Assembly (NCBI GenBank): GCA_963693365.1
Contig: CAVNZM010000004.1
Location: 8,593,093-8,657,092 of the forward strand
Direction: 5' to 3'
Length of the DNA: 64,000 nt
Origin: Amoebidium appalachense
Lineage: Eukaryota; Protista; Ichthyosporea
How positions within the stretch are numbered: position 1 is the stretch's first letter; every line of letters begins with the position of its first letter. Positions 15,043 to 47,312 of the stretch are shown piece after piece. Under the pieces are notes generated by a model. The model was not told where the DNA came from. It was given only the letters and a program-made list of their open reading frames with translations, and searched no databases. Position numbers and translations under genes: made by a program.

Positions 15043-15140
15043 TTTCTTATTTTTTTATTATTTTTATTTTAATTTTTTTATTTTATCCCGTTTCACTCCC
15101 GGCGAGGCACTGCCTGAGGGGAGCTTACCGTCTTCCGCCT
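15043..15140 (-). mobile_element. Retroelement 3' end (hairpin plus A-rich tail), same family as 6385-6469; 5' extent unknown
   Basis: Minus strand reads GGAAGACGGTAAGCTCCC...CCGGGAGTGAAACGGGATAAAATAAAAAAATTAAAATAAAA, against GGTAGACGGTGGTTTCCC...CCGGGAACAAAACGTGATAAAATAAAAAAAATAAAATAAAA at 6385. Confidence 0.6.
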
Positions 15141-15717
15141 AGACACAGATCGTGCTGCTGAGCACACTCATAAGTCAGGATTCTAATTGACCCCAACTGG
15201 CAGTATTTTTAGTTACGCCATATATCCCACGGTTCTAGCCGCAGCAACTCTAATGGGGAAGTGAGAACAGCTCACTTTAACAACACCAGCCAGGAGCGAC
15301 CCGGACACATACACAAACATATAGACTTGAAAGGGAAGGCCCCATGCCCAGGACGCTGATCAGCCCGAACCGTGGCCGGTGACTCGGATTCGTCTCCAGG
15401 GGGGTGCGGCATGCCAGGAGCTACTACTAGAGAGAAGGGGGGGTATGATTGGAGGGGGGGGTGTTCAGCTAACCTTATATGGATAAAGCAAAGTTACAAG
15501 GATTCAAGCCATTGGTTGGGCAAGACCCCTTTTGCCGAATATGGATAACAGATCATACACTGCTGTAGGCGGCGGTCAGGAATTGGCGCGCTCTTTACTG
15601 GTCACAACCAGTCCGGGAAGGCCATGAGCAGCATTGCCGAGCACACTGGAATACGGGAATGTTTGCGGTAACGTAGTCGCACTAGGGGGGCAGGGGGCCA
15701 GGCCCCAAGTGTTTAAA

Positions 15718-17108
15718 ATGAAGCCAGGCTGCCCTAAGGGCACAACACAGCGCCCTGGGCATAAAACAGGCGGAGCTAGGGAGGGAGCTGGGCGCAAAAA
15801 AAAAAGATGCTGCATTTGTTCAGCCTTTAGCGAACTTTGCAGGTTTTGGGACGGCAAACAAAGCTGTTTTGCAGGAACTAAACGTAAACGTACAACCCGA
15901 ACAGCCCCCTCTATCTAAGGCCGCCGACATAAGGGCCCGTGTAGTTGAGGCAGGTAGCGTCCATTCGTTACCAAGAGAAATGGATCGGGCCCCTGCTCCA
16001 CACCCACCAGACATACAGGTGCAACCCGACGAGGAACCTTTGCTAAATGCAGCAGCAGATGCGTACCGGGTAGACGAGGATGAAGGGGAGGAAGAGGGAG
16101 AAGATAATACGGACGGGGATGACGGTGGAGAGGAGTTTTCTGACGCGGCGGGCGAAACAATCAAGTCGCACCTGCACACAGTGAAAGAGAGTCTCAAAGA
16201 TGAGAAGACGCCTGTGGGGTGGCATCTTCCACCTCCCATTATAGGCTTTAAATTTGGGGGCGATCCAGCGCCTTTCTACAAACCCAGATGTTTTGCCTGG
16301 CTTCCGGAAAGGTTGTCTCCCGGTTTCATGGTGCCGTGCCCCTTCGATGATCACTACGTGGACCCCCACAACCACCCCAACCCACACCGTACTTCTCGCA
16401 ATGGGTTCATGAGCAACCCCGTAGGACGGCGTGTTATCGACTTTGACAGCTGCTACTACATTATCACGGCCCGGTACTTTTGTGACACATGCAAAAAAAA
16501 CTTTGCCGGCACAAACCCCCAGACAATTAAACGCCTTCCACTCTTCATGCGTGATCAGTTTCCGGCCTACCTTAGCCACCGCAGTGGGCTCGACCTAAAG
16601 GTGGTAACATTGTTGCGTGCACTGGCAGACAAAGGTGTGGGCCCAAACGCCTTTGCCACCCTCCTCTCGGAGCTCCACAAGCAGCGATACGACGAGCAGC
16701 GGCTCCTGTATTACTCGAGGGCGCTGCATTGGACCAAGTATGAACTCAAAAAGCGTAACGATTTCCGCCCCCACGACCAGCGCCTGACAGAACTTCCCCC
16801 AGAGGAGCAGGCGGCTAAGTTCTCGGCGTTTGGTGACAAAAATGGTTACGCTGGACATGTGCCTTCAGGCAAGTGTGCACTGCATTTTGGGTGTGTAAAT
16901 GGTCCCCATTGTTTTGTATGCACGTGCTTGGGCATTTTTTGGGTTGGCTTGGTAGGGTTTTGTTTTATTATTTTTTATTTTTTTTTTAGGGGGGGGGGGG
17001 ACTTGGAAATGGGTTTTGGAAGTGTGGTCAATAAGTTTCTATTATGGTGGTGGTGGATGTGTGGTGGTGGATGTGCGCCTGTGAGTGTGCGTGTACTTGT
17101 GGGTCCGT

Positions 17109-17139
<31 letters not shown>

Positions 17140-17224
17140 GGGGGGGAGGGGGAGGGGGGACAGGGTGATGGATTAGGTGGTGGTGGTGGCAATCAGTCAT
17201 GGTGGTGGTGGTGGTGGTGGTGGT

Positions 17225-17266
<42 letters not shown>

Positions 17267-17415
17267 GGGCAGAGGGATCATCAGAGGGGTGAAAGCATAA
17301 CGGTCCATGTACCAGTGAGTGTGCTTGGGAAATCGTGGAGAACTGTTATGCCTGAAATTAGATGGTGGGTGTGCGCATGTGTGTCTGTGTGTGTTGGGGG
17401 AAAGGAGGTGGAGAG

Positions 17416-17460
<45 letters not shown>

Positions 17461-18105
17461 GGGCACATGGTGGTAGACTGGATCTTGGTGGCGGTACTTA
17501 ATGGTTATTATAGTAGTGGCAGGAGGGTGTGGGGGGAAGGGCAAACGGACGTGCAGGGGACAAACTGCAGATGGGGCACAAAGGGGAAAGAAGGTGAAAG
17601 TTGGTGCAATGACTTGGAGGGTTTGCGCGCGCCGGGAGGCGGGGGGAGGGGGGGGGGGAGGGGGGGGGGGGGCAAACGGCCGGAGATGGGTGTGTAGCGT
17701 TTTTGAGATGGGAAAAGCCATACAGACTTACGAAAATACAGAGAGGTGAGATGAACACGAGGGACTAGAGGGAATGGGGGGGATGGTCCTGATGGGAGGG
17801 TGGTGGAGTTCTAACAGTACTTGGGGTTCAGGCAAATACCTGAGTGCCGTGTATACTGAGTTCAGCGACCGCACGGCAAAGTACCAGAGCCTGGACACGC
17901 AGCTCAAGCCCGTAAACAACGTGCTCAAGGCCGACCACACCTTCCAAATTGGGAAGCTCACCGGCATCAATGGGGAGCCTCTGTACCGAGGCCTATGGAC
18001 TTGTGTAAACGAGCTTGGCGGTGTGTGGTCCCTCCTCTTCTCCCCCCCTCCCCCCACTCTCCCCCAGGCCCCCTCCCCTCCCCCCTCCCCCCCCCCACAC
18101 ACGCC

Positions 18106-18136
<31 letters not shown>

Positions 18137-18373
18137 ACACACGCCCCCCCCCTCCCCCCCCTCCCCCCCCTCCCCCCTCTAGGGCCTTTAAATCTCTTAG
18201 GCTCCACATTTAATGAGGTGGCACACTGTGAGTAGAGGTTTGTAGTATGTGGGTTTTGGGGACAATTCTTGCCCTGTCGAGCAAAAACTAGGAAGCTCCA
18301 GATATGTGTGTATGTGTTTTTGCTGGGTAGAGATTGGGGTGGGCTGGGGTGGAGCTTTCTTTTGGCGGGGAAT

Positions 18374-18468
<95 letters not shown>

Positions 18469-19954
18469 AGCTTCTGCCAAGCAGAATGGGAGTAGGGGCC
18501 AGTGATTGCAAGGGATGCAGGGGGGGGGGGGGGGGGGGAGAGACACCACCGTCGGGGTTGAAGGTAGAGAGGGCAAGAGGCCCGGGGTGGGGTGGGGGGG
18601 GGGGGGGGGGGACAGTAGGTGCCATATGGAGGGCTGTCCCATGGTTTGGGGGGAGGGGGAGTGGGGAAGGATCGTGGGCACATGGGTTTGGGGGGAAGGC
18701 AGAGAGGGGGAAAGGATTGTGATCACAAGGGTTTAGGGGGAGGAAGGGGGAAGGATTGTAGGTACATGGGTTTAGGGGGGAGGGGGGGGGAAGATTTTGG
18801 GGGAAAGGGAGGCCTGGGGAAAGTATGTGGGCACATGGGTTTGGGGGGAAGGCGGGGGAAGGGTTTTGGGGGAGAGGGAGGGGAAAGTATGTGGGCACAT
18901 GGGTTTGGGGGGAGGGAGGGGGAAAGGATTGTGTGGGCACTGAAGTCTCGTGAAGGGCCATGTGGTAAGGGAAGCTAGAACATGCATGGCTGCTCGGAGA
19001 TGCCCTCTCACACAGTGCGGCACCCCAGAGATCCGGGCGCAGGTATTTACACGGGACTGCAGCCACCAGGAGATTGAGCCCGTGATCCAGCGCATCTCTG
19101 CCACCACGGCGGCGCTCAACAGCAAGGGCCCGGCCTTCTTCTACACAGATCGGTGCTGCCAAGACCGGGCGTTTGTTGAGCGCATGTTTCCAACCCTAGC
19201 CCGGCCAAAATGCCCCGTCCGTCTGAACGAGGCTGCGCTGGTAAGCGTGACGGACGGTCTGCCTGGGCTGGAGCTGCCGGCCAACTACCCTAAGCCGGTG
19301 TACACCGACTGCCAGGGGGCGGTGGTGGCTACAGCGGCCATTCGTGCCGACCTGGAGGGGCAGCAGCACCGCGTGGTGGGGCTGGACTGCGAGTGGGTCT
19401 ATCGGGTGGGCCAGGCGCGGTCCAAGGTTTGCACGCTGCAGATTGCCACCGCACGGGCCGTGTACATCTTCCACTTGGCACGCATGGGCCCCAACCACAG
19501 CCCGCCCGCGCGGCTGGTGGACGAGCTGATTGCGCTGCTTAGGGACCCCAGCATCATCAAGGTGGGCAAGCAGATCGGCACGGACTCGGCCCACCTCAAC
19601 AAGGACTACGGCACCCCTGTGGCCAGCTATCTGGAGCTGGGCCGGTTCTGCTATGCCCGTGCAGCTATCACCTCTGCGGCCCGGGGCTTGGCCGACATCA
19701 CTGCCCAGGTCATAGGCAAGAAGCTGCCCAAGCCGGCACTTGTTCGATGCTCCAACTGGCACGAGCCGCTATCAGAGGTGCAGGCCACCTACGCTGCCCT
19801 TGATGCATATGCGTCCCTGCAGGTCTACTCGGCCGTGGTCGATAGGCCAAACCTGTCAGGTGTGTATCCCACCTGCTTTTTGCCCCAGTGCTTATGTGCT
19901 TATGCCAGATATAGAAAGATTGTGGGCCCCCCAGAGGAGAGGGGGAGGGGGAGG

Positions 19955-19986
<32 letters not shown>

Positions 19987-20080
19987 TGGCTGACCACATG
20001 GGCCAGTGTTCCAGTTGTGTTATGCTGGGTGTCGGGTGGCTATCAAAGGAGGGGGTGATTGGTGGTGGTGGTGGTGGTGG

Positions 20081-20111
<31 letters not shown>

Positions 20112-21152
20112 TATAGCACTGTTAACACGTGCAAGTGCCACACAAGCTGGGCACTGGGAGAGGGGGGGGGGGGAGGGAGAAGGGGGGGGGGGGGGGGGGG
20201 AAGGGGGTTGCTAAGGAATATGCATTTGATTTTTGTGGAGCGAAGAGAAAAACGTTGGTGCTGTGGCTTTTTGGCTGAGTTTTTTGCTTCCCTCTATGAC
20301 ATGCAGCGCGGCTTCATGCAAAGGCACTCGGTGAAGGGGTTGAGATTGTGCCCCGGCGGGGCCCACATGCTGCAGCAGCCACCGGGGTGGTGCTGGCTGT
20401 GCAGCCGGAGCGCTGGGGGGGCATGAAGGTGGGCAAGAAGCATGCAGTGGTGCGGGTGGATCAGGTGCTGTCGCCGGCCATGCAGGTGCCCTTTGGCCCC
20501 GACAAGGGCAAGACCCTGGGAGAGCTGGGCCCGCCGCCCTTTGAGCTGATGGTGCACCTGCAGTGGCTACGGCCCATTCAGCCCCCACCGGACCCAGGTG
20601 CCGAGGTGCCGGTGGTCCCTGACCCAGCCCCTCCCCCTGCCAGTCCTCCCCCTGCCGAGCAGCAGCAACCCCTTGCCGGCCCACAGGCACCCCCCCAGGA
20701 CCCCCAGGCAGCCCCGGGGGGCCTTGAGGCAGCCCCAGGGGGACCCGAGGCAGCTCCCAGAGAGGGCATGTTGGGCCAGGCACCGCCTGGGGAGGTGGTG
20801 TGGCAGACTGTGCTGAATGACGCCTTCCACTCCATTGCAAACACGGCGGACGGCACGTACAAGTCACACCCCCGCAGGGCTGAGTACGCACGCGCACTCA
20901 GCGAGGCAATATTTGTGTGGAATGAAGAGGATTACGGACATGTGAAGGTGCCCCCCCCCCTCCCCCCCCCCCCCCAAAATAAAAAATAAAAAATAAAAAT
21001 AAAAAAAACGGCAACAACAACATGCGTGACTGACGCGCACACACACATACACTCGTTAGCACACACTCACCATTCCACCCACAACCATGCACACCTTCGA
21101 CAAAACTTCTGAGGGAAGAGAGAGAGCCTGAGCCTCAGAGAGAGGGGGGGGA

Positions 21153-21190
<38 letters not shown>

Positions 21191-21779
21191 GGGGGGGGGG
21201 GAGGGGGGGGAGGAGAGTGGGGGTTATTCATATGCCTAGAGAGAAATAATGTAGGGTTGTGGGGGGAAATAGCCACATGCATTTTTTACTTGTGTTGGGG
21301 GAGAAGATGGGGGGGGTGGAGGGGAGGGGTCCTACAATAACGGCAGGTATCAAAGTCTACCAAACCCAAATTGCAGTGTGCGTAGTAAATTAATATTGGC
21401 ATCCTGCCTCACAGGGGGTGCTGGAGCAGAAGGGCATCGACATTGAAACCGAGCTCAAGGGCGGCGACCTGAGCTACTTCATGGAGCGCATCCGGCGGGT
21501 TATTCCCGACCCATACACGCTGGTCTCGCGGCTGGTGGAGTTCAAAAACACCTACAAGGATGTGCCGCCCGGACCGGATGGCAAGCCTCTGTTCAAGAAG
21601 GATGGCTTTGAAAGACTCGAGGCAACATCCCCCCCCCCCCCCCCCCCCCCCTGCAGGCGCCCAACAACTCCACCACCACAGAAAAGATTCTTCGCTTATT
21701 TGTCATCCTTGGTTCATCTGCACACACACGCACACCCTAGCCTCCCCCCCCCCCCCCCCCCCCTCCCCCCCCCAAACAT

Positions 21780-21845
<66 letters not shown>

Positions 21846-21922
21846 CCCGCACGGCCCTTGCTGCCTAGCCAGTTGTTTTTTGCCTTTCCCTGCTCGTTTT
21901 TTTCCTTAGCAACCCCATCCCC

Positions 21923-21969
<47 letters not shown>

Positions 21970-23627
21970 ACACACTACCACCACCACCACCCACCCATCT
22001 CTCTGATGTTTGCTTGTGCCCCCACAGTCGCTGCTCGAACACGCCCAAAATGGCTGTCTGTCGGACCCCCCCCGGCCTGCCCCTCTACTACGAGACCACT
22101 GCCGACGCAGATGGGCTCATGCGCTACCGCTGCATCCGGGGCACCAACGAGGTGGAGGGGGCAGTGCACAACCCCCTGGCCACCCACTTTGGGGCCACAC
22201 GCATGTCGCTGCGCCTGCTGGACGCCACCATGTCCAATAGGCGCCACCGCCACAACCTGCGTGCACACTACCGCAACCGCCTGGGCCAGGCATCGGGGCC
22301 CCCCCACTACAGCCCCTGGATTGTTGACGACATGGAGGCACTGGCGCTGATGCTGTACGGCCATCACCTCGACCCCCAGTGGGTACCCGTAGGCTGCTAC
22401 AAGCTACCGGAGGAGTACTTCAACTTTGCCCCGCTCTCCTGTGTGGCCAATGCCCCGGCGCAGGAGCCAGTTGCGGTGCCCGCACCCCCACCTCCGTCTG
22501 ATAACATCGAGCCTGCAGCCAATGGCGTGATGGGCGGGCCAGAGGACTGTGAGGTCGAGGAGGGTGACGGTGCTGCCATGGGGGGGGGCAACCAGGTGGC
22601 GCGTGGTGCACCACAGCCGGACCCTGCACTGAGGGGCGACTACAAGTTCCTGGCGCAGAAGCAACATGTGGCCATCCCCTTCCTTCCGGTGCTTACCCCT
22701 CAGGAGCGCAAGCTATTCAGCACGCTGCTCCTGGGCACCTACAAGGCACATGCAAAGCCCAACGGCCAGCTGTTCGAGGCTTTGGCCCAAGACTTCAACA
22801 AGGCTGCCTCTGTGGCTGGGGGAATCTACATGAAGGATGCGGCCTACATCAAGAAGCATTTCGACAAGTGGAAGACCTGGCAGACGGCACATGCACAGCG
22901 CTCCACACACGAGGGCCTGGCAGATCACCGCAAGCGTATGCGCGAGGAGAGGGCAGACGCTGTGCCAGCAACCATACGGCCTGCCCCCTTGCCACCCCTC
23001 CCTGTTCCAGACGGTGTCGATGCAGGGGCGCAGCGTGAGCGGCCCTTGCCCATGCTAGTGGGCAAAAAGCATCGCAACATTGGCCCTGAGGGGCCCCTGC
23101 AGATGGATTTGCCGGTGCCCCCTCCTATGCAGCCACCCCAGAGAGCCCCCAAGACCTGCAAGACGTGTGGCCGCCAGGGCAAGGGCTGCCCCGGCTCCAA
23201 TCGGGCCAAGAGCTGCCCACGTTGGGTTGCAGCCAATCAGGATGCCATGCCACCAGCACCCGCGCTTGACATGCAGCAGGGCCATGTGCCGCACATGCCC
23301 CCTGCACCCCATCCAGGCCCGCACCACCCACATGGCTGGCCCCCACCGTGGGGCATCATGCCGCCTCAGCCCGGCCCTGCCTTCCCCATGCCTGGGCTAC
23401 TGCCGCAGCACGGTCCCCATCCTTACTTGGGCCATGTGGGCCAGCCCTCGGCTGGTGGGCAGTTCCCACCCCCTTCTCGTGCATCTGCTGTGCTGGGCCT
23501 GGCGTTGCCACCTGCTGGAGAGACGCAGCTGCAATGGCACGATCGAAAGCAAAGTAATCGTGGCCGCAAGTCTGCAGGCAGCCAATCAGGATCTCAGAGT
23601 AGTCAGAGTAGCCAAACTAGTGTCTAA
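15718..23627 (+). mobile_element. Intron-containing DDE transposase-like gene (IS256/Mutator-like DxxH type, DUF6729-like N-terminal domain) with an inserted DEDDy 3'-5' exonuclease; ~1538 aa
   Basis: Exons 15718-16868, 17832-18020, 19029-19859, 20307-20947, 21415-21621 and 22028-23627 join in frame after removing one base from each of two homopolymers (A10 at 15796-15805, C8 at 22066-22073). Motifs: AT-hook-like GGAREGAGRK; Cys-rich region (AWLP..CP..RRVID..RYFCDTC); ADHTF (D1); YTDRCC (D2); exonuclease VGLDCEW/GTDSAHL/SNW/YAALDA; NDAFH (DxxH); RCIRGTNEVEG (E); C-terminal CKTC-x6-C-x8-C. The family assignment is from memory of motifs. No TIRs were found. Confidence 0.75.
18640..18940. repeat. 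G-rich minisatellite in transposase intron 2
   Basis: About 5-6 degenerate copies of GTGGGCACATGGGTTTGGGGGG(A)AGG. Confidence 0.7.
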
Positions 23628-24039
23628 TATTGGAATGTACACCAATGTAACGGATCTCATATGTGTTGTAGTGCTTCAAGTTATACCTGTTCTTCGTACA
23701 GTCATGTTAGGGGGGAGGGGGGGGGGGGGGGGGGGGCTAGCTTTCATTCCGAAGTTTACTGTAAAGAATTAAAATTTAGAATCTGAGTAATAGTACAGAG
23801 CCTTTGCACTTTTCTCTGTTTGTTAGGAATTCTTTGTGATCGAGAGTATGGTGTGTTAGACTATTGGTGTTAATGTGTCCTGGAAGGTGTATAATGTCTG
23901 CTGGCCGTAGTCAGTATCTATTTTTAGGTATATAGTATATTTTTAAATGTTGGCCGCTGGCCAATAAATAGCAAATAATAAACACACGATAAAGTCAACA
24001 GCGTGCCAAAAAACTAATCCCCAGCGAGCGCACCCAGTG

Positions 24040-24116
<77 letters not shown>

Positions 24117-25440
24117 CGCGCGTGCGTGCGTGTGTGTGTGTGTGTGTGTGCGTGCGTGCGTGCGTGTGTGCGTGTGTGCGTGTGTGCGTGTGTGCGTGTG
24201 TGTGTGTGAGTGTGTGTGTGTGTGTGTGTATGTGTGGTGTGGTGTGTGCGCGGCTTGTACATATGTACGTGTTCATGTGCACCTGTGTCGGACCTACGAA
24301 GTACATGAAAGTAAATTTTGACAGCATCGATCTGCCGGTGTGTATGTGTATGTGTGCCAGTGCAGCAGGTGTGCCTTGTAACTGATAGCTTCGCATTTTA
24401 CGTGTGTGTATATATAGTAGTACGCATAGACACTTGCTGATCATTCGGATCGACATTAATATTTAATCTGTCGGTCCTCGGTTTTTTGAGTGAATGATGA
24501 TCAAGTGTAAGAGCATTCACTTGGCAAGTATTAATGTTGCAGAGGCTAGCTGCAGCTGCAAGCGTCGGATGCACACTGACAATTGTCTTTTCAGCGAGTC
24601 TAACCTGCAGGCAGCAGCTGCACACATATAGGGTTGTTATCTTGCGGCACATGCACGGTGATCATTTCAGAGTAATAGAGTTCAGAGCAATGAAAATAAT
24701 GAAAATAACTAAACTTTGTGACTACTTTAAAGTTGCTGAGATCATACGTGGTGCAAGCTGCACTATGAACACATGTATAGTGCTAGTAATTAATACATTT
24801 TTGTTGCCTTCTGCAGGGTTATCGTAGCTACGTCACGGCCTGCACTCAGGGGGGGAGGGGGGGGGGAGAGGGGGATGATTCGAAGGGGGTATAAATAAGA
24901 ACATGCACCTAAAGGTCTTTCCCGTGGATCCTCCCCCCTCCCCCCCACCTCTCCCTCCCCCGGGGCCCCATACTATGATATCTAGGCCCAATATTATATG
25001 CCCCTTCCCCCCCCCCCCCCCCCCCCTCCTCTCCGGATCCCCGGACCCCACTTCCCTACCCGGAGGCTCAAGAGCTCCCCCCCTCCCCTCCCCCCCCCCC
25101 CCCCCCCCCCCCCCCCCAAGGCTTACGGGGGCCCTTCTTCATCGAGGGGGAGGGGGTGGGGGTGGGGGGGTGGGGGGGAGGGGGTGGGGGGGAGGGAAGT
25201 GGAAGGCGGGGGTGGATGCATGTCAGCCTAGGTGAATTCAATTGTTTAACTCCAGTGTGCAGGACTGGTCTGAAGGCTTAAGAAAACAACGAGGAAATGG
25301 GGTCCAGTGGAGGTGGTGGTGGTGTTCTGTGTGTGTGTGTACACGTGCACGTATGTGTGTGGTTTTTTTAAGGGGTGAGTGGTGGTGGTGGTGGTGGTGG
25401 TGGTCACCGTGGTGGTGGTGTGTGTGTCTGGTGTGTGTGT

Positions 25441-25490
<50 letters not shown>

Positions 25491-26299
25491 TAGAAAGAAA
25501 AACTGCTCGTGGGTCACTGTTTTTCGTCACTGTATTTGTAACGGGCCGCTCATATTTATATAACTACTTTAATTTAAGTACACGTGTTCATTATCATATA
25601 CGATGGCCAAATATAGAAATTTTGGCGTCGAAGTTCTTGGAGCTAAAAAAACGTTTAAAAGGGGGAAATAATAGCTTGGCCCCAAATTTACCTTGCCGTT
25701 TTTAGCGAATGTATTTTTTATTCATGAGTTCTAGTGTTTCAGTGAGTGCACGTGCCTGCCTCAGGCTGATCATGACAACTGCAACACACCATTCCTACAT
25801 GGATATCAACCAAAAGAAAATAGTATATACTGTGGTGGTCTCCTAAACCTTGTGCGGCATGCGCATACATGATATTACAGTGACGCATGTGCATATTATT
25901 GTTCTGTACACCGGAGTGTGCCGGTGCACGTGGCTGTTTTGTGCACATGTTACAATAGCAGCACGATCTCCCTAAACTCCATGTTTACACATCCCTCACC
26001 CTGGCTCTGCCTTGTCGGTGCTCCAAAACACACATACAAATCCCCCTAGACTCAGTGCCTGCACATGGTCGCATTCACGTGCAGGTCACGTGACACATGC
26101 GATGCCATACTGCCGTCTACAGCAGCAACCACGGCAGCATGTATACCGGCCCAGCACGAGATATACTTATCGGCAGCCCACTGAACTCGCCCATTTTCTC
26201 TTTTTCATGTATGTCCCTCCTTTTTTGTAAAATCACCCTTTTTGGCCTCCCGGTAGTGGATTTTGCAGGATTTGACTTCTTTGAGGTCCAAAAACCTCA

Positions 26300-26765
26300 A
26301 ATTTTCCCCGGCGGGGCCGGGGAGGGAGAATTCAAAAATTGCCCGCTCCTGATATGGTACCCGGGCCGTCTCCGGGGGTCTCCCACTTGAACGTTGGGCC
26401 GGGATGCCCAAGCGGCGCGCCGTCGACGTCAGAGGGCCGGTGCTGTTCATGACGTCATGTCTTGCGGCCGGATGATAACAAATGGTGGCGCTGCTTGACG
26501 TGGTCTGGGGTGATGGCTTCTAGGGGGCGGCCAGACTGGTGGACCGTCGAGGCAGAACAAAAATCGGAAGTAACCAGGATCGATCCTGCGACTTTGAGCA
26601 GTTCCAAGCTTATACTTCATACAGAGCGAAATATAGATAGGCCTATTATGTGCCTTTTGTGTCTGGGACAACGGGCCCGGAAGAGGCCACTTGTCGATCC
26701 CTCCTTACCGCTCCGTCTGCCAGTCTGGACCGACTCATTGGTTTCAAATTTTCAGCCAATCAATA
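26300..26765. promoter_or_regulatory. CpG-rich region upstream of HAUS5 with CRE palindrome, GC box and CCAAT
   Basis: CATGACGTCATG at 26448-26459, GGGGCGG at ~26524, AGCCAATC at ~26754, and locally high CpG density, 300-750 nt upstream of the ATG at 27053. Confidence 0.35.
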
Positions 26766-27052
26766 TTTCTAAGTAAGAGACATATATGGTTGTTAAAGTT
26801 TTGGCGGGAAAACTTGCATATATGGGGTGATCAAGGCCTCTTACTCTCCTTGAAGTGTTCCGAGCCCACTTTACATAAATGCATGTCACTGTATGCACGC
26901 ACGCAGTGCACACGTACGTACGCATAATCTCCTAATGCAGTGCTTGTATAAGTATTTTGACCTTGCTGTTCAATGAATGCAGTACCTCACTTGCTTGCTT
27001 GCCGTCCAAACCCACCAACTTCCGAGTAGGGAGACTTGCAGCCTGTCACATC

Positions 27053-47312
<20,260 letters not shown>

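Noticed and set aside
15796-22073. Programmed frameshifting at the A10 and C8 runs in the transposase
   Set aside because: The same +1 homopolymer slip occurs in the conserved myosin (62247-62252), pointing to sequencing or assembly error.
15430-24890. GGGG(T)ATGATT repeat at ~15440 and ~24872 as transposon TSD or termini
   Set aside because: Imperfect, low-complexity, and not accompanied by inverted repeats.
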